A program made the position numbers and the translations under genes. A DNA stretch of 64,000 nucleotides from Octopus sinensis (taxonomy: Eukaryota). Below the pieces are notes generated by a model. That model was not told where the DNA came from, ran no database searches, and saw only the letters and a list, made by a program, of their open reading frames with translations. Positions 11,250-21,008 of this stretch are shown piece by piece (position 1 is the first letter of the stretch; the number at the start of each line of letters is the position of its first letter). Location of the stretch: positions 1 to 64,000 of the forward strand of contig NW_021832842.1 of assembly GCF_006345805.1 (NCBI RefSeq). The letters run 5' to 3'.

Positions 11250-13557
11250 ATGGCAAAGGACAAACAAAAGAAACCTCAGGTAATTAAGATAATCAATCTC
11301 TCAAACAAAGAACTTACACCTAACGAAATAAGCATACTCTCCAAAAGACTTAAATTTACACCAACCCCACAACGTTCTAATTACTATGAAATGAAAGATG
11401 ATTTTTCGGAATTTTGTAGGAAACTAAGACTTACCGAGGCATTTCATGGCAAACAAATAGATGATGAATCAATAGCTAGAAACAACAGCAATTACACCCC
11501 TACCAAGGGAAAGAATAAAGCCTTAGACCGCTATTGTGACTACATAACTAATTTCCCTTTTCAATTCACCAAGAAACAAAAACACAGCCAAAACTTTAAC
11601 AAAAGAGAATGGAACGACCTCATCAAACTAAGAGAAGACAAAATAATAACAATTAAGGAGGCAGATAAGGGCAACGCGGTAGTATTAATGAATACAAACG
11701 ATTATAAAAATTTAGTGCTATCCCTATTAAGAGATGAAACGTATTATGAAAGGGCCCAACAGTATAATCAGCCAAAAATAATGTATAACCTCAGGACATT
11801 AATCAACACATACCGAGAAGGACACATGGACAAGGAGTATGAATACATCACTAACTTCAAGTGCAAATCAAGTTTGTTCTACGGTATCCCTAAAGTCCAC
11901 AAAAGCCAAATAATTAGTGAAACATGCAAAACATCTACCGATATACTCATCAAAATCCCTTCACCAAATGATCTTAAACTTAGACTGATAATAGCAAGCC
12001 CAGCATGTGAATCTCACCGCCTCAGCAATTTCTTAGACACACTTTTTAAACCTTTCCTAAAGCACATCAAAAGCTACGTAAGAGACGATATAGACATGCT
12101 TAACTACCTCCCTAAAACAGTCAATGAGAAAACCCTTCTAGTATCCTTCGACGTAATTAACCTTTATTCAAACATCCCTCACATCCTCGGAATAGAAGCG
12201 ATCACTTTCTGGCTAAATAACTACTCCTTTGAACTCCCAACTCGCATAAATAAATAACTTATAATAGAAGGACTTAGATTTATTTTAGAAAACAATTACT
12301 TTATTTTTGACAATAATGTCTACAGACAAAGATCGGGAACAGCGATGGGCACGCGTACTGCACCTTCTTTTGCCAACCTAGTGATGGGATACCTCGAGAA
12401 AATACTCTACCAGATAACACTTGAGAAATATGGAGACACCTTCTCCACCTATATCCAGAACAACTGGAAAACATACCTCGACGACTGCTTTATCCTCTGG
12501 GATAAAAGTATAGAGAAACTTGAGGAATTTAAAATACTATTAAATGGAATAAATGATAATATACAATTCACGATGGATCATAACGAAGAATAATCACCAT
12601 TTTCAGACATCCTCATTAAGAAAGCCGGCAACAAAATAGAGACAGATATCTATTATAAACCGACAGACACCAAACAGTACCTACCCATTGATTCATGCCA
12701 CCCAAGACACACTAGAATAAATATCTCTTTTTGTTTAGCTAGAAGGATTTGCACCATAATATCAGACACAAACACCCGACACACACGTCTCCACACGTCT
12801 CCAGGAACTTAGAACTACACTCATAAATAGAAATTATCCACAGCCCCTAATAGACAGTGCAATCCAACAGGCACTTAAATTAAGTATAGAAGACCTGAGA
12901 CAAACAAAACCAAAAAAGAAAGAAAAATTAAAAACCCTTCCCTGCATCTCTACACACAACCCACTTAACAATGAGACCTTCAGCACCATACTACAAAGCA
13001 CAGCCCTACTAAAGGGAGACCCAAAGATGAATCGGATCCTCGAAACACACACCATCATTAAAAATAAACGGCAACCAAAATCCTTGAAAAGGATTTTAAC
13101 CCAAGCTAAACTGCACTCAACATCAACCACAAAACCAGCAGTTAGAAAATGTGAAAGGCCCAACTGCGGAATCTGTGTCATCTTGGTAGAAGGTTCAGAA
13201 TTTATACTAGAACAAGGCCATCAGTTCACCATTAGAACAAACATCACCTGTGCATCAGAAATCTTAATTTACGTCTTAACATGCGCAGGCTGCAATAGGC
13301 AGTATATAGGCTATACAAAAAATAGCTTACGTAAAAGGATGGCGGTGCATAAATCCCAAATTAGAAACTCTGAATACCGGAAAATACCGGTCAGCGGACA
13401 CATAGATAGAAGTGCTACAAATGAAAATCCGAAATTTACAACTCACCCACTTTACAAATTCAGTGACAGCGTAACCTTCACCCAACGCCAAAATAAAGAA
13501 CTCTATTTCATCAAAAAATTTAGACCAAGTTTGAACACCCTGGGCCAGGAATATTAA
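11250..13557 (+). pseudogene. Penelope-like element RT + GIY-YIG ORF, disrupted (PLE-1)
   Basis: FYGIPKVHK, LVSFDVINLYSNIP, SGTAMGTRTAPSFANL, YLDD, TDIYYKPT, GIY-YIG (IYVLTCAGCNRQYIGYT..LRKRM..H). Stops at 12255 and 12591; a 10 bp duplication at 12782-12801 shifts the frame. Confidence 0.92.
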
Positions 13558-14320
13558 AACAAAACATTAGTCTTCCGAAAAGGAAAAATGAAATTCTACC
13601 ACAACCACCACGACCACTACGACTGCTTCCACTAGCTGCACTACTACTACAACCACCGTGGTCACTACTATTGCTGCTACGGCCACAGTGTGAGAATTAA
13701 AATAGTAAAAAAAGGGTGGAGGTGGGGGAATTACAATTTCTCAGATCTTTAAACAGTCACTCCCGCTTGCAGTGGTATGTTTTAGGGAAAGATGAATTTA
13801 TAAAAAAATTTTTTTGTGCGAGCAGATCTGATTTTTATTCGTTAAAAAATTGATTGCGTTTTTCTTCCGTGGTCAAGCTTGTCGTTCTGCTTGGTTGGTT
13901 TCCTTACAGGATACCGTTATGGGTCTTTTCCTTGTATTCGTTGAAGTTTGGTTTTGATTGGTATGGAATTATGTGACGTCAGTGAGCAGTGCCAGTGAAC
14001 CGACCACTACTGCTACTGCTGCTGCCACAGCTTAACTGCTACAACCCCAACCACCACCAAGGTTACCAAAATTACGGCCAACAGTAACAGCCACAGGTTA
14101 CTACTACTACGACCAACAATCACTACTGTTGCTACCATTGGAACACAAGGTAACAAAAAAGCGGTTCCTTTTGATACCAGCAAGAAACAATAATGGACTT
14201 CTTCACTACACTCAACAGTAATATAGCGATTATACCAACTAACGACAAAACACCACCACACGGATTCTATTGAGAACAGTAAGAAACGATTATGAACTTT
14301 TCTATTGCACTTTTTATAAT

Positions 14321-14365
14321 ATTTTTGATAAGGTTCGTTTTTTCAAGAACCGAAACATGTAAAAT
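14321..14365 (+). ncRNA. Type I hammerhead ribozyme with U3-A8 variant core, in the 3' region of PLE-1
   Basis: ATTT-TTGATAA-GGTTC(loop 10 nt)GAACC-GAAA-CATG-TA-AAAT. Stem II 5 bp; palindromic stem III ACATGT; GUA site. Stem I is only 4 A-U pairs. Confidence 0.7.
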
Positions 14366-14419
14366 TCATAAGAAAATTAAAATTTATCTAATATAGTGGC
14401 GTTTTCAAACTTCTTTTTT

Positions 14420-14460
<41 letters not shown>

Positions 14461-14464
<4 letters not shown>

Positions 14465-14713
14465 GTTTAACAAAATTCCTTTTTATTATTTTGAACACCC
14501 GGGCCAGTAATAAAAAGGAATTTTGTTAAATCTTCGTTCAGCTCCATTTCTTCCTACACTTAATATATAAAACTTCAAATTTCCGCACTAAGGCACGGAT
14601 TTTATGCCCCATGGTCGTAACTACAACCGTGCTTTTTCTGTTGTGATTTTTGCTACCCAGGTATTGGTTATCATCATTTGAATTATCCGTAATAAGATAA
14701 TTCATTTATCTAC

Positions 14714-14720
<7 letters not shown>
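14461..14720 (-). mobile_element. PLE-type non-coding repeat between (TA)n tracts, with a 23 bp hairpin
   Basis: Perfect inverted repeat 14466-14488/14508-14530; minus strand has CTGAACGA just upstream of the hairpin. Confidence 0.45.
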
Positions 14721-14766
<46 letters not shown>

Positions 14767-14786
14767 TATGTATGTATACATGCATG

Positions 14787-14820
<34 letters not shown>

Positions 14821-14870
14821 TGTATGTATGTATGTATGTATGTATGTATGTATGTATGCATACATACATA

Positions 14871-15212
14871 CAGCAAGAAACAATAATGGACTTCTTCACT
14901 ACACTCAACAGTAATATAGCGATTATACCAACTAACGACAAAACACCACCACATGGATTCTATTGAGAATGGTAAGAAACGATTATGAACTTTTCTATTG
15001 CACTTTTTATAATATATTTGATAAGTTTCGTTTTTTCAAGAACATGGATTCTATTGAGACCAGTAAGAAACGATTATGAACTTTTCCATTGTACTTTTTA
15101 TAATATTTTTGATAAGGTTCGTTTTTTCAAGAACATGGATTCTATTGAGACCAGTAAGAAACGATTATGAACTTTTCCATATAGTGGCGTTTTCAAACTT
15201 CTTTTTTACAAA
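14871..15212 (+). repeat. Second copy of the PLE-1 3' region (14178-14424) with a 91 bp internal tandem amplification
   Basis: CAGCAAGAAACAATAATGG... starts at 14178 and 14871; units start at 14952, 15043 and 15134. Confidence 0.9.
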
Positions 15213-15220
15213 TATATATA

Positions 15221-15256
<36 letters not shown>

Positions 15257-16100
15257 TGTATGTATGTATGTATGTATTTATGTATGTATTTATGTATGTA
15301 TGTATGTATGTATGTATGTATGTATGTATATGATGGGCTTGGAGGTGGTAGTGAAGCTGGCTGCTGCAATTTTCTGGTTTGCTGGTATGCCGAGAGAGAT
15401 CCAGCTCTGTTTCGCATATTTTCTAAGTACAGCTACCGTTGCTCTTGACTTATGTGTTCTCGATTCTGTTGATCTCTGTCTCTCTAATTTTGAAAATACA
15501 CTTCTCTTTGGTCCTGGCGTATTTGTCCTATCCTTTGCTGATTTCTTTCCCTCCTATACCGTCGGATACGCTCCCTTTCCTCTTGGCTTATTTCCTTTCT
15601 TCTCTGTCTCATTCACACGCAATTTTGATACCTTCTTTCCACCCGCTATTCCTCGCTCAACCGTTCTCTCTTTCTACGCCGACGCTCTCGTGTTCGCCTA
15701 CATTCCATTATCCATATTTTAAAACTTGTTAATAAAACAACATATCTCCAAAATGATTCGGAGTGTTTCAATAGAGAAACATATACGAATGTATTAAACA
15801 GTTTTTGTTTAAAAGGTGGAAATATTTCTGAAATACTCACTTAATATGCAAGTACACAATATATAGGATACGGTAATAAATTATATTGTAGGAGAGTAAA
15901 AAGTAAAGGGTAAAATAGAATTAATATTTTTGATCTTGTTCGGCTCTATGAATTCAATTCTTTTTTAAATGCTTTCGTCAATTGCTTGATACAAGAAAAA
16001 AGAAATAAGAAAAATCTTGACTAAAACACAGAAATTCGAACTCAACAAAAAATACAGAAAGAAAAAGTTGCGTTTATTTCCACCACGTGACACTTATTAT

Positions 16101-16172
<72 letters not shown>

Positions 16173-16839
16173 TACATATGTGAATGAATGTGTGTGTCTA
16201 TATGCGTGTATGTATGTTTGTGTATTTTAGTTATTTACTTAGACACATCAACAAATTAGCCAATTGAACAACTCTGTGTTGTTGTTCAATTTGCTAGAAA
16301 TAACAGCCAAACCTCTCTCATACTTTACTTTTGTTAGTATTAAAGAAAAGGGAAAAATAGAATTGGTATTTTTGATTTTGTTATACCCTATGAATTTAAT
16401 AGTTTTAATGTTTTTATCCATTACTTGATACAAGGAAAAAGAAATTGGAAAAATTCTGACCAAAACATAGAAATTGTAACTTAACAAAAATATAGAAAGA
16501 GAGAAGAAAATGTATTCGAAAGCAAAAAGATGTTTTTTAGCTGAGATGTAACTTTATAATTTAAATCAAATTCAAAGTTTTAATTTCGGAACATTAGATT
16601 TTACATGTTATCTGGTGTATGGCCGAATTCAAAAGGGTAGAAGGCTTAAAACAACTATGTGTGTATTTGGGCCTTTAATAGCCAGGGGTCAATTTCAGTT
16701 CAATCGTAGAAAGGAATTCAAATACCTATGAACCACTTCCTCTCACTCTCTCTATCTTTCTTTCTCACTTCCTCTCTCTCCCTTGCTCGACAGGCGTCAA
16801 ATTTAAGATACTTAAAATAATAGTGGCTGAGAATATATG

Positions 16840-17205
16840 TATCGCTGATCATGAGCAGAAGTGGGGGAGCATCATAGACATGTGCCGAGAGGAATACTTT
16901 GGGATTTGGATAATTCACCTTTGGGAAACATGGGTGTTTCGTTCAACATCCTTAAACAACTCTTATTCAGGGACATTTTGAGTGGGATGTGCTACTCGGC
17001 CTGAAGAAAATTGTAACTGGGCTCCACCTGCAAGGTCATGCGCCATTCAACTTGATAGGAAATCATAATGTCGTGCACATACGGTTGTGATGCATGTGCC
17101 TGGTGTACCCTTATTAGACGAGTATCAATGATGAGTATACTGAGTTTCGTATATCTTACCCCAGGGTCACCGCGATGGCATGCACTGCTCTCTCACTCAT
17201 TGACA
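16840..17205 (-). repeat. (TAA)n-associated interspersed repeat; further copies at 17750-18262, 20041-20250, 26200-26400 and 32366-32570
   Basis: Shared core ending CTGCTCTCTCACTCA immediately before (AAT)n in each copy. Class unknown, no ORF. Confidence 0.75.
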
Positions 17206-17224
17206 ATGATAATAATCCTTTCTA

Positions 17225-17722
17225 TTATAGGAATAAGGCCTGAAATTTGGAGGAGGGTGATAGTCAATTATATCGAACCAGTACACAAATGGTACTTAAT
17301 TAATCGACCCCGAAGGGATGAAAGGCAAAGTCGACCCCGGTGGAATTTGAACTCGGAACGTCGCGACGGGTGAAATACCTATTTCTTTACTACCCACAAG
17401 GGGCTAAACACAGAGGAGACAAACAAAGACAGACAAACAGATTAAGTCGATTATATCGACTCCAATGCGTAACTGGTACTTATTTTATCGACTCCGAAAT
17501 GATGAAAGGCAAAGTCGACCTCGGCGGAATTTGAACTCAGAACGTAACGGCAGAAGAAATACCTGTTTCTTTATTACCCACAAGGGGCTAAACATAGAGG
17601 GGACAAACAAGAACAGGCAAACGGATTAAGTCGATTACATCGACCCCAGTGCGTAACTGGTACTTATTTTATCGACTGTGCATTTCGCCCGGCGTGCTAA
17701 CGTTTCTGCCAGCTCGCCGCCT
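17225..17722 (-). mobile_element. Head-to-tail chain of three family-B SINE bodies with a single A-box head
   Basis: The module AAGTCGA..ATCGAC..CTGGTACTTA..ATCGAC recurs three times; the head (reverse complement of GGCGGCGAGCTGGCAGAAACG) is present only at ~17670-17722. Confidence 0.78.
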
Positions 17723-18320
17723 TAATAATAATGATAATAATAAATAACAGACACTGGATTTCATAGCTTTTGATCTTAACTGATTGGAAGTGTTATCATG
17801 TACATTGTTTTGTATAAAAGATGGGCTACAGCAAATATTCTGCTCAGTACCACAGATCTGTTTGTCAGTTGTTTGATCTCAAACAGTTAAACATGTCCCT
17901 TAGTGGTTAACGATATGTGCATCTCTGATCACGAGCAGAAGTAGTGGGGGAGCATAGTAGTTGAGAGGAAGTATTTGGAGTTTGAATAATTCACCTCTGG
18001 GAACATGGGTTCAACAGACATAAACGATAGTTATTCAGGGACCTTTTGAGTAGGATGTGCCACTTAAATTGAAAAAAGTTCTAAAAGGAACCCACGTGCA
18101 GTGTCATGCTGTGTTTATTTTGAGATGTGACCACCATGTGATACACGCATGGTTGCGATGCTTTTGCCTAGTGTACCGTTATCAGACGGATTGTCATGAT
18201 GGGTATATTGAGCTTCGTATATTTGTACCCCAGTGATGGCATGAACTGCTCTCTCGCTCAGTAATAATAATAACATTAATAATAAAAATAGTAATAACAA
18301 TAATAATAAAAATAATAATG

Positions 18321-18390
<70 letters not shown>

Positions 18391-18410
18391 TAATAACAAT
18401 AACAACAACA

Positions 18411-18728
18411 ACTTTCAAAATACAAAGACCTGGAAATAGAGGTAACCAGAATGTGGAATCTAAAAGCAGAAACAATTCCTATCATAGTAGGTGCATTAGG
18501 CATGATAAAAAAAATATTCAGACAAATACATAACAAAAACACCAGGAATTACAAACACATATAACCATAGAAAAAATTGCACTACTAGGCACTGCACATA
18601 TCCTACGCAGAACACTTTCCATACAATAACCATCAGAGCATCACAACAAATCACAGCCCATACCCAAGGCACACAGAGCTGCGCTCGGTAGTGGAGTAAA
18701 GGCACGCTATAAAACTAAAACTACTGAA
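18411..18728 (+). mobile_element. R4/Dong LINE 3' fragment in (TAA)n; paralogous fragments at 24568-24951, 30732-31116, 32821-33337 and 47716-48031 (-)
   Basis: Near-identical to the 3' end of the full-length element at 33421-37208 (KYKDLEIEVTRMWNLK, IIVGALG, shared 3' UTR). Confidence 0.92.
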
Positions 18729-21008
18729 CGACAATTATAATAACAACAACAACAACAACAAAAACTACAACAACAACGACAACAACAAGGACAATTATAA
18801 TAATAATTTCTTCTATAGGCAAAAGGCCTGAAATTTAAGAGGTGGGGTCTATTACATCGACCCATGTACGCAATGGACACTGATATCCTCAGCCGAAAGG
18901 ATGAAATGCGAAGTAGACCTCAGTGGAATTTGAATTCAGAACGTAAAAGCGGGAGAAGTACTGCAAAGAATTTTACCCAGTGTGCTAATGTTTTTGTTGC
19001 AGTCTCAAGTGCTCAATTGCCATATATATCATTTATTTTAATTTAATCCCCATCTCAGATCCTAGTGTCATAAAGCTGGCATGAAATAAAATTTAACATA
19101 ATGAGCTGCAGGGTGTTACATATGTAGTTACTTCAATCATTATCTTACGGGTTGTGAAAATGAACCAGACTGCCTACCTGCCTCTTTTCTCTTTCCTATC
19201 CCCAACATGTTCACTAACTGCTCTGTAAGCTATAAATCTTTTGAACGCCTTACGCACTAGCTAACCATTTAATGTCTTTCTAGCTTTGCTATGTTCTCTC
19301 ATTCAAAGCTAGCCTCAGCTGGAATCAGCTTCGGCTGGCCCACTGTGGTGAAATGTTGTTCATATATTGTTTGAAATGTTATGCATCACCTAATGAAAGC
19401 GTTTCTTTTTGTTATGATACAATGTACTTATTAATCCATTAAAGATATCCGCAGGAAATAGCTGTAATGAAGTGACGCGTATCCATCGTTTTGTTAATTT
19501 TTTGTTCATAATGCACCTCATTGGTATTCCGACCCGTCTGGAGTATACCAAATACTGTACGACCAATATAATGTAGAGTTTTTGGTTTGGCCATTAGGCA
19601 ATTAAAATACTCATGAGGTTTAAATTCTCTATATATATAACCTGAATATTTCTGGATGTACTTCTGTACCTATGATATTTATTCGACTTAAGGGGCTGTT
19701 TCCAAATTAATTCGACCCTACCTGATAACTATAATTTAAGTTCCAGATTCTTTTCAATCTTTAATATCGTATATATATATATATGTATATATTTATGTGT
19801 CTGTGTTTTTGTGTCTCCTACAGAAAATTGCAGGAAGTGAACAATGGCCACTGGTAGGTGAAAATACTTTCTTTGACCGCGTGGTTGGACAGGAAATAGA
19901 TGGTGACAGTGCATCTGTGTAGGGTAGGGAATCATTGTGGCTTGTGAGCATATGAGCTTGTGTGCACGTGTGCGCGTGTATTTGTGAGTGTGTGGCTGGG
20001 TGTATATTTATAAGTAGGTTTCTGTGCGTGTGATGGCTACTCAACCTGAATAAAATTCTAACTGGGCTTCACTTGCATGGTCATGCGCTGTTTAACTTGA
20101 CATGAGATCATCATGTCGCGCACATGTAGCTGTGATACATGTGCTTGGAGTATCCTCATTGGACGGGTAGTCATGATGGGTGTACTGGGTCCGTATATTT
20201 GTACCCCAGTGTCATTTTGATGACACACTCTGCTCTGCTCTCTCACTCATAATAATAATAATAATAATAATAATGATAATAATAATTGTGTTGTGAACGA
20301 TGAAAGAGGACAACAGAAAAAAGGGAGAATGGAAATACAATCGGGCCTTACCTCGTCGAAGATTATTTCGGATCCCTCTCAGCCAACTCGATACGTCTCG
20401 TACCTTCGTTGTCTCTACAGCAACTCGTCGATCCCACACGTGCGTCCTCCCTGCTGCTTCCGCTTCCTGCCGCGCATGCGCTCTGCAAGCCTTACTTCCG
20501 CCCTCCCCTATCTGTCATCCTCTCACGAACACCACACGCCCCCCTGATCTACAGATCACTGAACCGGCTTTCTCACTCGCTCCCGCACCTGAAACTGGTT
20601 TCATAATCAGCCAACCAGGGAGGAGGGTGCCGTACCCTCTGTGGTCGCTGTGCGACCCTAGGACTTGTTCCTGGTGTGTTGCTGATGGCCTCGTCATCCT
20701 GTTTGTTGTTTTCGTCTTGCCCACTGCTGCTGGTCCCATCCTCTGGGGCATGGACAATCCTCCGTATATCCAAAACGTGGCGTGGCATACCATCGACCGA
20801 GGTGTTATGTTTTTGAATTTACAGAGGTTATTGTCCCCTTTCCCCATTGCGATGTACACCGCGCGTTTGGGGGTTTTACCCAGACTTCCTCCCCGACCTG
20901 CACGAAAGCGTGCTCTTCCTCTGCCCCGGGTCGCATTGATGTAGTACACGGATGCCTCCACTCGTACCTGAATATTGCCCTGTGTGGCACCGACTCCTCA
21001 GCCTGTCC

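Noticed and set aside
14952-15180. CRISPR-like array
   Set aside because: Units are fully repeated with no unique spacers, there are no cas genes, and the context is eukaryotic.
15330-15850. Decayed Helitron N-terminal R/E-rich repeats on the minus strand
   Set aside because: Only compositional resemblance, multiple stops, no diagnostic motif.
15898-16505. Diverged ~170 bp direct repeat (15898-16065 vs 16338-16505)
   Set aside because: AT-rich, roughly three-quarters identical by eye, no termini or coding signal; likely an old local duplication.
19159-19230. ATG-initiated hydrophobic mini-exon with GTAAGC donor in each U block as the missing first exon of the METTL24-like gene
   Set aside because: Phase does not match the exon at 42669, the hydrophobic stretch is weak, and there is no homology evidence.
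20364-20371. Tf1-like self-priming via CCGAAATA in the LTR pairing with the PBS
   Set aside because: Only 8 bp, present in the 3' LTR type but mismatched in the 5' LTR, and it does not reach the LTR edge. The tRNA match is 12/12. Kept as a secondary hypothesis only.
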